A stretch of DNA of 49,170 nucleotides from Candidatus Pacebacteria bacterium CG_4_9_14_0_2_um_filter_40_15 (GCA_002788675.1 PFRS01000004.1:1-49170), one strand, 5' to 3'; counted from the stretch's first letter, positions 7,806 through 17,053 are shown. The notes: a model not told the origin generated them from the letters alone. Translations and numbers: made by a program.

Positions 7806-8417
7806 TTAGTTGGAAATAGTTTCATCTAATTCCCAGACTCCATCTTCGTTAGCTGTTAGTACTTCTTCTTTTTCAAGCTTGTAGCTAGATAGTTTCTCTT
7901 CTAAATCAATATTCCATTTGTAGTAAGAAAAAAGTTTAGTGTCATATGAAATGCTAGATAATGTAACGATATCACGAAAACCATTCGTTAATTCATCCTC
8001 TACTTGGTAAACAGTGCCATCAAACTGTCCAACAACATACCACTGATCATCAACTTCCATTAGTGCCACAATTACTCCATTGCCAGATGCAGTTCTCAAT
8101 GTTACACCACATATTTCCCATGGATAGACTAAGTACTCATTCTTTTGATCATCATTCAGATCGACTTCCTCAATTTTAAAGTCGTGAGGAGTCTGCAATA
8201 CATCTGCTGAAGAACAATTTCCATGCTCTGTTGTAGTGAGAACGTGTTGTAATACTAAGCTGAGTGCGTCTTCGGGGATTTCGACTTTTGATTCTGAAGT
8301 TACCACAGCTATTTCTCTCTGATTGCTATCAAGAAGGATTTGTTCATTTTGAAAGTACTTAAAAGCAAAAAGGCCTGCTATGGTAGCCAAAAAAATCAGT
8401 GCTAAAGATGTACGCAT
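7806..8417 (-). CDS. Exported or membrane-anchored hypothetical protein
   Basis: Signal-like N-terminus; DLNDDQKNE Ca-binding-like loop. Confidence 0.75.
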   Translation of the reverse strand: MRTSLALIFLATIAGLFAFKYFQNEQILLDSNQREIAVVTSESKVEIPEDALSLVLQHVLTTTEHGNCSSADVLQTPHDFKIEEVDLNDDQKNEYLVYPWEICGVTLRTASGNGVIVALMEVDDQWYVVGQFDGTVYQVEDELTNGFRDIVTLSSISYDTKLFSYYKWNIDLEEKLSSYKLEKEEVLTANEDGVWELDETISN

Positions 8418-8618
8418 GTTCTTCTTTCTTTGTTCACTAGTCTGGCACTATCTTAGCACAGCTTGCTATGTTGCAACTTATAGGCGAAGTGCGCAACTTG
8501 ATCAGGAAGTAGAAGCTTGATTGTTGAGATAGATGACCCCTCCTTGTAGGAGACCCACCCTTAAGGAGTTGCTGTATCTATACAAGTAGCTTGATATGTA
8601 TGCAGTCCATTTGTGAGA

Positions 8619-9548
8619 CTAGAACCTAAAAATCATCACTCTCAAAATAGTAGTTAACATTTTGTTGTTAAGTAATTCATCCCAAAAGGAACTACTTTGT
8701 GCTTCAGAATTCAAGTCCGCTACATCTTCATTGAAGCTATCTTCAACTTCAGCTTCGACAGTAACTTCTTGAACTGTTGGGCTTGAAGTCGGGCTAGGAT
8801 CAGGTGCGGGGGTTGGTGCTAGTACTGTGTGTGTTCTTTTCTTTGTCTGACCTGGCACTGAAACTGTTAGTGTATAGGTTGTCTCTTTTTCAGGATTAAC
8901 AATAACACGTCCCTCTTTGATTTGTGTTTGAGTTAGGTTTCCAACTTCAGGAGTAATTGAGTAGCTCGCACCACATTTTGCAACAAATTTAAGTTCTGTA
9001 GTTCCATCATCAAGCTTGTAGGAATTAAACCTGTTTATTGCTATCTCAGGCTCTGGTACATCCACTTCCCAATTGTAGACGCCACTCCAACCACAAGAAT
9101 TTCCGCCTTTTACATTAACATACCATTTTCCTGGAGCAACGTCATTGAAAGTAACGCTTCTTGTTGTTGTATCAGCAACTGGACCCGGGTCGGCGCCTGC
9201 CGTTTTTGATAATGCGACACTATACTCATTGTCGCCAATACCTTTGTCCCAAGTAAAAGTAACATCTTGCTTGCAATCAACTTCTTTGAATTCAAGGCTA
9301 CCCTTAGTATCGCTCAAGTTTGGTTTGTTACAGATAGGTGCAACGTATGTATTCTTTGTTGGTTGGTATGCTGATCCACCATTGTGGTAGTGATACGTGC
9401 CAGCACATGATCCAACGTTACAATTATGCCCACCTGATGAATCTGTTCTGCCTGAATGAGCAAGAGCACTCATGGATGAAGAAAACAAGATTACTAGAGA
9501 AAGAATGAGGATATTTTTGATTTTTGAGTACATAATGTATTTTACCAT
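8619..9548 (-). CDS. Secreted YHYH-motif protein with beta-rich domains and Pro/Thr linker
   Basis: Signal peptide ending ALA-HSGRTDSSGGHNC...TYHYHNGG. Confidence 0.8.
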   Translation of the reverse strand: MVKYIMYSKIKNILILSLVILFSSSMSALAHSGRTDSSGGHNCNVGSCAGTYHYHNGGSAYQPTKNTYVAPICNKPNLSDTKGSLEFKEVDCKQDVTFTWDKGIGDNEYSVALSKTAGADPGPVADTTTRSVTFNDVAPGKWYVNVKGGNSCGWSGVYNWEVDVPEPEIAINRFNSYKLDDGTTELKFVAKCGASYSITPEVGNLTQTQIKEGRVIVNPEKETTYTLTVSVPGQTKKRTHTVLAPTPAPDPSPTSSPTVQEVTVEAEVEDSFNEDVADLNSEAQSSSFWDELLNNKMLTTILRVMIFRF

Positions 9549-9921
9549 AGATCTGAAAAAAGTTATGTCATATAAATAATATAGGATTACTACTAAAGTT
9601 TAAGTCGCGTTGTTTCAGATGAGAGATGTATAACAGCCTTACTTTTGGGTATGACAAGGGGTTGTTTTTAGTTGGGTGCTTCATATAATTACAAAGCTTG
9701 TAAACTGTTCAACTATTTTAAAGTGTGCTAAAAGTAGTTAGTAACAGCAAAAAACTAACTATAAGGTATAGTAATTGCATTTTGTTATGATTGAGACGTT
9801 ACGGCGTCTAGTCCACGTTTTTAATTAAACGTCGTCATGATTGAGGTGTTCTTACTTTGGATGGCAGGTCTTCCTGCCCTTGTTGTGGTGCTCATGCCTC
9901 ACAAATCTAAGTAAGGATATC

Positions 9922-10098
9922 GTGTCAAAAAATACACGCAAATCTCCTAGTAGTAATGTTCAGCGTCTCTCAAATAGAGAAATTGGGGAGTTTCTAGAGC
10001 TAATGCGCTCTGTAGATACTAAGTGCGAGCTTGCAAGGCTAAACGAAACTACTCTGCTCGACAGAAGCGATGATAAGGGTAGAAGAATAAAATACTGA
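9922..10098 (+). CDS. Small protein (58 aa) upstream of the recombinase
   Basis: AAGGA then GTG at 9922; in frame with track ORF 9841-10098. Confidence 0.4.
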   Translation: MSKNTRKSPSSNVQRLSNREIGEFLELMRSVDTKCELARLNETTLLDRSDDKGRRIKY

Positions 10099-10166
10099 TT
10101 TCTCAATACTAAAATAACCTTGAACCATTTTTTTGCATAAGAGTGTTTATAGTATAATTTGTCATT

Positions 10167-11825
10167 ATGTATCAAAAACAAGCATCAGATATCACAAAAT
10201 TAAAATATGCGCTATATATCAGGAAATCTACCGATGACGCGAAAAACCAAGTGCGGTCGACAGAAGATCAGCTCGCAGAGTGTAGAGAGCTTGTAAAACA
10301 ATTAAAGATTAATGTTGTTGGTGATCCAATTATTGAAAAGAAATCTGCAAAGATTCCAGGCTTAAGACCAAAATTCAAGCAACTGCTGAAAGATGTGAAA
10401 GCAGGCAAATACTCTGGCATAGTTTCCTGGCACCCCGATAGATTGGCACGAAATATGCTCGAAGGTGGAAAAATTATTGATTTACTTGATAAAGAAGTAT
10501 TAAAAGACCTCAGATTTGTTACTCATCACTTTACTAATGATGCAACAGGAAAGATGCTACTTGGTATCTCATTCGTTCTTTCAAAACTTTACACTGATAA
10601 CCTTAGTAACAACGTAACCAGGGGTATTCAGGGAAATCTCAAAGATGGTATCGGACTGCATAGAAAGCACGGTTATGCTAAAGATGAGGAGACTGGTCGA
10701 TTTATTCCGGACGTAGATAATGATAATTTCCAGTTAGTAGGTGATGCATGGCAGCTTAGAAAAGAGGGTGCTTCACTTGAGTCAATTGCAGAGTACATGA
10801 ACTCAAAAGGGTATGGAAAACTCATTAAAAGCAGTGGTAAAGAAGTAATAATGGGGAAGAAAAAACTGAGCCTAATTTTTAAGGATACTCTCTACTATGG
10901 CGTTTTGGTTCAGGGTGGTGAGAGTGTTGACTTAAGAACAATACCTGGATATGGGTTTGAACCACTCGTATCAGAAGAAGATTTTTTTGAAGTACAAAAG
11001 TTGAGTAATACAAGGAAACAGCCATATAAAAAGCAAAAACAAGCAAACTACAATCCTTTTAGGCAGTTGATTAAATGCTCATACTGCGGAAAACACATGC
11101 TGATAGCACCTTCCAGTGGTAACAAATATAAATATTTATTTGCAAGATGTGACAACAAGCTTTGTGTAAGAAATTCTGAAGAAAACAAGAAAAAAGATCG
11201 TAATGATCCAACAAAAATAAAAGTATCTGTCAGAGTAAAGGTTGTGCTTGATTTTATTTATAATCTACTCGATAACGGATTGAATTTTTCAGAGGCTGAC
11301 TATAGTGAGTATCTTAAGAATTTTAAAATTCTTAGTGAAAAACAAAAAACTGAAATCACCCAAGAAATTCATATAAAAAGAGGGCTCTTATCAAGAGTTA
11401 GTGCTGAAGTAAAGGACCTATCACTCAGTTATATGAAGCTTGATAAAAGCAAAGAAACAATTAAAAAAGTTACGGAAGAAAAAATCACAGAACTTGAGGA
11501 ACAGCAGTCTCTACTCGAATCTGGTATTAGGAAACTAAAAGAAAAAATTGCTAACCCTGAATCAGAACAACTGACGATTGAAGAGTTCTTGAACCTTTCA
11601 AAAAATGCCGGTACAGTCGTCAAATCTGCAAATGCAATCATTAAGGACAAGATTTGTCGTTTTATCTTCTTGAACCTTTCAATTGATGGCGAAAAAGTAG
11701 TGAGTTTCAGGCTAAGAGAGCCGTTTGAAACACTCATGAACGTAAAAAAAAAGACAATAAGGACTAATGGTGAACTCGAGAGGACTCGAACCTCTGACCT
11801 CTACAATGTCAATGTAGCGCTCTAA
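10167..11825 (+). CDS. Large serine recombinase (resolvase + recombinase + Zn ribbon + coiled coil)
   Basis: YALYIRKST (catalytic Ser), DRLARN, CSYCG...C..C; last codons are antisense tRNA-Val. Confidence 0.95.
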   Translation: MYQKQASDITKLKYALYIRKSTDDAKNQVRSTEDQLAECRELVKQLKINVVGDPIIEKKSAKIPGLRPKFKQLLKDVKAGKYSGIVSWHPDRLARNMLEGGKIIDLLDKEVLKDLRFVTHHFTNDATGKMLLGISFVLSKLYTDNLSNNVTRGIQGNLKDGIGLHRKHGYAKDEETGRFIPDVDNDNFQLVGDAWQLRKEGASLESIAEYMNSKGYGKLIKSSGKEVIMGKKKLSLIFKDTLYYGVLVQGGESVDLRTIPGYGFEPLVSEEDFFEVQKLSNTRKQPYKKQKQANYNPFRQLIKCSYCGKHMLIAPSSGNKYKYLFARCDNKLCVRNSEENKKKDRNDPTKIKVSVRVKVVLDFIYNLLDNGLNFSEADYSEYLKNFKILSEKQKTEITQEIHIKRGLLSRVSAEVKDLSLSYMKLDKSKETIKKVTEEKITELEEQQSLLESGIRKLKEKIANPESEQLTIEEFLNLSKNAGTVVKSANAIIKDKICRFIFLNLSIDGEKVVSFRLREPFETLMNVKKKTIRTNGELERTRTSDLYNVNVAL

Positions 11826-11844
11826 CCAACTGAGCTACGAGTTC
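11768..11844 (-). tRNA. tRNA-Val(GAC)
   Basis: Cloverleaf GAACTCG...CGAGTTC-ACCA; anticodon arm CTACA-TTGACAT-TGTAG; GTTCGAG T loop. Confidence 0.97.
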
Positions 11845-11892
11845 AAATGTGTTTTATGTATTAGGAAGGAACGAGACGTATTATACCAGACG

Positions 11893-12561
11893 TTAGTCGC
11901 CTGAGTAAACGGTAGATCGCTCGTGGTGCATCATGTCGAAGACTGTTTTGGTTTGCTCGTGTGCTGCCCCATCAATGTGAAGGCCGCCACGTTTCTTTTT
12001 CTTCTGTTTAGCGTGGAACTGTGTAGACCAAGTGCGAGCACTTTTAATCTTTTGGCGCAGTAACATGATGAATGAACGGAGATTTCTAAAGAAGTTAAGG
12101 TAGTATTTACCAGTAAGTCCAGGAGTAGCAACTTCAGCCATAACGGTTAATTCGATCTCTTTTTCGAATTGAGCCACGTCACGCACTAGAAGTTTAAGTT
12201 CCCGACGGAGTTCTTCAATTTCTTTTTTGACTTCTTTTTCACGAGCGTCATAGACGGCACGCATGTCGACAGGATTTACTTGATCGTGTAATTTTTGGCG
12301 AAGAACTTCTTTTTTACGCTGCTTCTCCATTTGGAGTTGCTGCTGTTCTTGCCATCGTTGTTGGTCTTCGGGTGAGTTATTTGTAGGAAGATTTCCACCA
12401 GTGCGAGCTAAAGCCTCACTAAAAGGGTTAAGCTTTGGTGATTCAGGATTCTCTTGTGCTGTCCCTCGAGGTTTTTCAGTTTCAGCCAACGCACGAGCAA
12501 AAGGATTAACCCCTTGTTGAGGGCCCTTGCGAGATTGAGTGGTAGGTGTTCCTGGTTTCAT
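11893..12561 (-). CDS. Conserved CPR coiled-coil protein (DUF5660-like)
   Basis: NPF repeats, coiled coil, GKYYLNFF..L...I..ARTW; family name recalled, not searched. Confidence 0.7.
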   Translation of the reverse strand: MKPGTPTTQSRKGPQQGVNPFARALAETEKPRGTAQENPESPKLNPFSEALARTGGNLPTNNSPEDQQRWQEQQQLQMEKQRKKEVLRQKLHDQVNPVDMRAVYDAREKEVKKEIEELRRELKLLVRDVAQFEKEIELTVMAEVATPGLTGKYYLNFFRNLRSFIMLLRQKIKSARTWSTQFHAKQKKKKRGGLHIDGAAHEQTKTVFDMMHHERSTVYSGD

Positions 12562-12629
12562 TTGTTACTATATGTTGTGTTTGTATGATACATGACTTTG
12601 TGCAAACAAGAAATGTATTTAATAGTACG

Positions 12630-12658
12630 ATTATAGGCCTACTTGAGGCTCCTGTCAA
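12630..12658 (-). promoter_or_regulatory. Consensus sigma70 promoter for the 11893-12561 gene
   Basis: Minus strand TTGACA-17 nt-TATAAT. Confidence 0.8.
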
Positions 12659-12722
12659 GAGTCTTGACTGAAACGGTGGGTAGGCCTATGGTTCTTAATT
12701 TCTGTTAGAAAAAGTGCTGAAT

Positions 12723-13694
12723 TTATTTAAGATTTAGCAAGTGGTCAGCAACTCGTTGTCGAAGTAAGGTTTCGACAAGCATTGATTGATAACGTGGGTC
12801 TGCTTTTTGTTGCTCTTGGAGCTTTTTGTCTGCAGTTTGCTCAATAACTTCGTCGATATCTTTCTGTTCGATCTTAATTTTTTCTTCTTCTGCCAAGGTG
12901 CTAATGATGAAGGTTGCTTGTAAGCGACCAAGTGCCCCTGCAGCTAATTCAGTTGAAAGTTGTTCAAATGACATGCTTCTGTGTTTAAGGAAGTCTTCGA
13001 ACTCGATGTTCATTCCTTTAAGACGGTATGAGAGGTTTTCGAGATCGTAACGAGTCTCTTCTTTTACCAAGAGTTCTGGAATTTCTGGTTTAATGTGCTC
13101 GATTAAGTCTTTGTAGATTACTTGGAGTTTGTGTTCACGGCGTTGTTGATCAGTAATTTCATGCGCATGGTTATGCTTTTCGTCTGACTTTTCAGCTTCT
13201 TTAACGTGCTCAGCTAATTCTTTTTCTTGTTTTTTAAGTTCTGCCTCAGCTTTTTTAAGTGCTTTCTTTGCTATGTCTTTGTAGCCTTTGGTGTTGATTT
13301 CTGGTTTTTCTGCAATGTGAACCTCAAGCGTCCAGTCTTCACCTTTTTTAAGAGAAATTGGGTTAAATTCTGGATAGGTAAGTGGTTGTTTCTTTTCTTT
13401 TTCGATTAGAGTTCTGTATGCATCAGGAACGCAGATCTCTAGCGCGTCTTGAATAATGCGATCTTCACCCAGCATTTTTTCAGCAACGTCAGCGGGAACT
13501 TTTCCTTTGCGAAAGCCACTGGTTTTAAGGTCTTTTGAAAGTTTATTTAGTGTTTTTTTGTAGGCTGCAGCTGCGTCAGCTTTATCGATTACTAAGGTAA
13601 GAACTGTGTTTTTGCCGATTAAAGCTTTTTCAGTTTTCTTATCTGTAGTTGCAGTTTTTTTAGTGGTTTTTTTGGGTTTGGTAGTTTCTGTCAT
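12723..13694 (-). CDS. tig: Trigger factor (short form)
   Basis: GFRKGKVP ribosome-binding signature and C-terminal chaperone-like region. Confidence 0.9.
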   Translation of the reverse strand: MTETTKPKKTTKKTATTDKKTEKALIGKNTVLTLVIDKADAAAAYKKTLNKLSKDLKTSGFRKGKVPADVAEKMLGEDRIIQDALEICVPDAYRTLIEKEKKQPLTYPEFNPISLKKGEDWTLEVHIAEKPEINTKGYKDIAKKALKKAEAELKKQEKELAEHVKEAEKSDEKHNHAHEITDQQRREHKLQVIYKDLIEHIKPEIPELLVKEETRYDLENLSYRLKGMNIEFEDFLKHRSMSFEQLSTELAAGALGRLQATFIISTLAEEEKIKIEQKDIDEVIEQTADKKLQEQQKADPRYQSMLVETLLRQRVADHLLNLK

Positions 13695-13866
13695 AGGGAG
13701 TTATTATACCGCAACTTCTTTTTTTTTGGCTGTGAGTTTGGCTTGATGTTAGGCGCTTTATATACTTGGGATCTGTCTGGATGAATATTTTGCCTATCTG
13801 AGGGTGAAAAAGTGCCCTTTGTTTGCTATACTACTTTTCTGTTGATAAGTACTACAGGAGAGACAC

Positions 13867-14685
13867 ATGTCTACAAAAACTCTTTTACATCATATTGATG
13901 ACTACGTTGCAGGTGGTCTCGAGTTCGCAGAAATCGATACTCGCCTTCACAACGCAATCAAAGATCATCAAAATGTTTTTATCCACGATCTTTCGGTTCC
14001 TTCTCTTGACACCGTAGCCCTTGGCTTCGTGACCTCACAACTTGCGTTCGCTCCATACAAAGGCAGGATGGTTATTTATGGTAACTGCGCGCCACGTCGA
14101 ACTTCAGAAAAAGCTCAAAAGAATAACATCGATCATGGTATTAAATATGCCAAGCTAAAAAATGGTGTTGAAATCATTAACGTTTGGTCAGACTATGCCT
14201 TTGGATTTGTGAAGAGTGAAATTGTTGAGTTTAGAGATCTTAACTGCCCTAATTCTGGTTCACAGTTCCGTTCAAGAGACTTCTTTCCTGAAGTAGTCGC
14301 TCAAATTGTAAATGGTGACTACTCTGCTCTAGGTAAAGAACTTGATGTAAACGATATTCCAGAAATTGAAAACAATATCGTTACTTGGACTGATGGATTT
14401 GGAAACGTAAAGACTTCCATGCGCAGCAGTGATTTAGATGCAATGGGTCTTACCCCTGGCGATAAAGTTCAGGTAATTATGAATGGAGTCTCAATGCTTG
14501 GAGTGCTCTCTATTGGTGGCTTCCAAGTTGATCGTGGAGTTTTGGCTATTAATGCTGGTTCATCTGGGTATGATAACCCATTTATCGAGTTGTTCCTTCG
14601 TGTACACAAAATGTCTGAAAAGACGGCCGCGGTACGCTTTGGTTACCCTACTGGGGGAACTGAGTTTGAGATTAAACCTTTATAG
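13867..14685 (+). CDS. SAM hydroxide adenosyltransferase / DUF62-like protein
   Basis: FRSRDFFP and DGFGNVKTS motifs. Confidence 0.65.
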   Translation: MSTKTLLHHIDDYVAGGLEFAEIDTRLHNAIKDHQNVFIHDLSVPSLDTVALGFVTSQLAFAPYKGRMVIYGNCAPRRTSEKAQKNNIDHGIKYAKLKNGVEIINVWSDYAFGFVKSEIVEFRDLNCPNSGSQFRSRDFFPEVVAQIVNGDYSALGKELDVNDIPEIENNIVTWTDGFGNVKTSMRSSDLDAMGLTPGDKVQVIMNGVSMLGVLSIGGFQVDRGVLAINAGSSGYDNPFIELFLRVHKMSEKTAAVRFGYPTGGTEFEIKPL

Positions 14686-14708
14686 GTTTTTTGATTGAAA
14701 TTAGTGTT

Positions 14709-14737
14709 GGCCGCCGCTCTTTCGAGCGGCGGCCTTT
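14709..14737 (+). terminator. Intrinsic terminator
   Basis: GGCCGCCGCTC-tttc-GAGCGGCGGCC-TTT. Confidence 0.8.
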
Positions 14738-14940
14738 CTGTAAGTCTACTTGCTAGAGTTCAAAAAGTTCGTTATTTCCTTAAATATAGGACTAAATGTG
14801 CTATAATCCTTACTATAAAAATTCCTTTTGCAAATGCATTTCGCATGCAAAGGATTTTTCTTCGTTAACATTCTAATTTACATGCAAATTTTATCCGACC
14901 AAGTTAAATCAAAGGGGCAGCTAGCCCGAAGGAGTTAACC

Positions 14941-15975
14941 ATGAAAATGACTTGGTTCTTGTTGCTAGTGGTTTTATTTTTGGCGGCCTGTGATGGTGCG
15001 CCGACACCGGCTCAGCCGGTTGAAATGAGTAGTTCGACTGTGTCCTCAGCTGAGGTTCAAAGTCAAGTTTCTTCTGTGGATGCTTTGACAGGATCTTCAG
15101 AGACAGGTGGAGTCAATACTGGCTACTGCCCGCCTGGAGATCTAAAAATCGAGTCTGGCCAGTGGTACTATTGCTCTGGCCCTTTGGGCACCAGTGAGTG
15201 GAAACTTACTGCTGATCTGTATTTTGGGTCAGAATCGATGCTTAAATCCCGCTTAGATAGCGGGGAAAGTTTTTTATTTTTCCCTGCGTTGGCAGTCACA
15301 GTTCTAGACGGTTTTCCCGGCGATGAACTGTTAGTCTTAGCCTTTGGGACGATGACCATAGCAGCAGTTTCACAAAGTTCTGCCAATATGGTTAACTTTG
15401 ATCTGAGTGCTCCGCCGGTTCAGATCAATTCACTTCCAGAGTTTCAGCAGTGGAAAACAACAAATGTTCAAATGACGATTGTTGATCAAGTTGGGGTTTT
15501 AGATCTAGCATCTCCAATTGATGCATCGGATCTTGAGTATAAAGCTCCAGCTGGTAGTACTGCCGTTCTGATCGAAGACAACCCCATGTGGGCAGGTCTT
15601 TTGATTAAAACGCTTGCAGTTGCCAACATCACAACTATTGGGGTGTATCCTAACTGTGATGCATGGCGTGCTGCTCGTGTCACCGGCTTGCCGGTGATTG
15701 CTCACGTTTACGTTGTAGACCAGCACGCTGGGGATGGAGTTGTATTTGGCCACACTTGTGTGGCTGAGATTGCGACACTGTTGCCCCCGCCGTTGGTTAT
15801 AGCTGGTTTCAGCGCAGAAAATCTTGACCAGGTGACCGAAAAGTGGTCCCCGGGACAAGAATCGTCTGTCCGCGAATTGTTCGAAGAGAACGGCGCGGAT
15901 TTTGTAATTCAAAAAGCAGATCAGTTGAATGATCTGTACCAATTGGTTTTGGAGGTTCTTGGCCGATTGGGGTAG
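14941..15975 (+). CDS. Putative lipoprotein with C-terminal receiver (REC)-like domain
   Basis: Lipobox LAAC; VLIEDN, VVDQ, GFSA, GADFVIQK; GAAGGAG SD. Confidence 0.7.
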   Translation: MKMTWFLLLVVLFLAACDGAPTPAQPVEMSSSTVSSAEVQSQVSSVDALTGSSETGGVNTGYCPPGDLKIESGQWYYCSGPLGTSEWKLTADLYFGSESMLKSRLDSGESFLFFPALAVTVLDGFPGDELLVLAFGTMTIAAVSQSSANMVNFDLSAPPVQINSLPEFQQWKTTNVQMTIVDQVGVLDLASPIDASDLEYKAPAGSTAVLIEDNPMWAGLLIKTLAVANITTIGVYPNCDAWRAARVTGLPVIAHVYVVDQHAGDGVVFGHTCVAEIATLLPPPLVIAGFSAENLDQVTEKWSPGQESSVRELFEENGADFVIQKADQLNDLYQLVLEVLGRLG

Positions 15976-16004
15976 TTGTAAATTTGTAATTAGAGTGTTT
16001 GTAT

Positions 16005-16034
16005 AAGACGGCATCCTTTGTGATGCCGTTTTTC
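16005..16034 (+). terminator. Intrinsic terminator
   Basis: ACGGCATC-ctttgt-GATGCCGT-TTTT. Confidence 0.75.
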
Positions 16035-16076
16035 TCTGTCTTGTGCATATCTGCAACTTTCTGATAGTATGAGTTT

Positions 16077-17036
16077 ATGATGAAAAAAACCCTTCATACC
16101 CTCCTTTTAGTAGTTTTTATGCTACAGCTGAGTAGCATGTCGGCAGCAGCACTCGACGTGATTGTGACAAGTTCTGGTGAAATGCAATTTTATAGTGCAC
16201 AAGTACTTGGCGATGAGGATGACCGAGAAGACTCTCGGAAAAGTGAGAAGCGTGAGGATTCTAAGCAAGAAGACAGAAAAGAAGACTCTCGTCCTGAGAA
16301 AAAAGAAGTTCAAGAAAAACCTGAAAAGTCTGTCTCTAAATCTTCTGATTCTCGTTTAAGAGTTTCAGCAGAAAAAGAGAAAGTTGAGCTACATATTGAG
16401 AGTAAAAGCGATACCAGGAGCGAAAAAGTTGAAGACAAAGTAGAATTCAAGACTGAACAGCGAGCAACAACCGATAGGTTCAAACTTGAAGCACCGAGCG
16501 AACTTAAAGAAGCCCGCAAAACAAATCTTGAAGATGCTAAGCAACTACGAAATGAGCAAGTTGAACAGGCTCGTGAAGAACGTAAGCAGAGAACAGAAGA
16601 ACGGGTAGAGATGAGGAGTCAACAACGTGAAGATGGTAAAACTGAGTTCGAGTTTGAGTCCCGTGATGTAAAAGCCAAAGTTAAAAACGCAGAGTTTGTT
16701 ATTGATCCTGAAACAAATGAGATAACGATTATCACTCCAAGCGGTGAAGAAAAAACTATTTCTCACCTTCCTGATCAAGCAGTTGCCCGCATGGTAGAGA
16801 ATGGTTTTTTTGACAACTTACCAGAAGGAACTGATCCAAGCTCACTTGAGTTAGAGTTAGAAACAGGTGAAGATGGCACAGTTCAATACTCGACTACGGT
16901 TGAAAAAGAAGAAAAGTTACTTGGATTCTTTACGCGCAAATATGAGACGCGAATTGAACTTAATGATGAGACAGGTGAAGTTACTGAAGAACGAGTCCCT
17001 ACAAGATCTTTTTTGGGAAGATTATTAGGACTATAA
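16077..17036 (+). CDS. Secreted, highly charged hypothetical protein
   Basis: Signal peptide (SAAA), Glu/Lys/Arg-rich region, C-terminal KLLGFF..ETGEV segment. Confidence 0.8.
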   Translation: MMKKTLHTLLLVVFMLQLSSMSAAALDVIVTSSGEMQFYSAQVLGDEDDREDSRKSEKREDSKQEDRKEDSRPEKKEVQEKPEKSVSKSSDSRLRVSAEKEKVELHIESKSDTRSEKVEDKVEFKTEQRATTDRFKLEAPSELKEARKTNLEDAKQLRNEQVEQAREERKQRTEERVEMRSQQREDGKTEFEFESRDVKAKVKNAEFVIDPETNEITIITPSGEEKTISHLPDQAVARMVENGFFDNLPEGTDPSSLELELETGEDGTVQYSTTVEKEEKLLGFFTRKYETRIELNDETGEVTEERVPTRSFLGRLLGL

Positions 17037-17053
17037 ATTTCTAAGAAACTTGT

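Larger units (their letters stand above)
2366..11776. mobile_element. Integrative element (serine-recombinase genomic island) inserted at the 3' end of tRNA-Val(GAC)
   Basis: GTGAACT core at 2366-2372 and 11770-11776; terminal large serine recombinase; AT-rich defence and surface cargo; tRNA terminator stranded left of 2366. Confidence 0.8.

Noticed and set aside
2366-11776. Island as a prophage or ICE
   Set aside because: No capsid, terminase, tail, relaxase or type IV secretion genes recognised.
15505-16056. 183-aa antisense ORF and similar nested antisense ORFs over gap, lon, comM and tig
   Set aside because: Shadow frames opposite well-supported genes, with no motifs or initiation signals.
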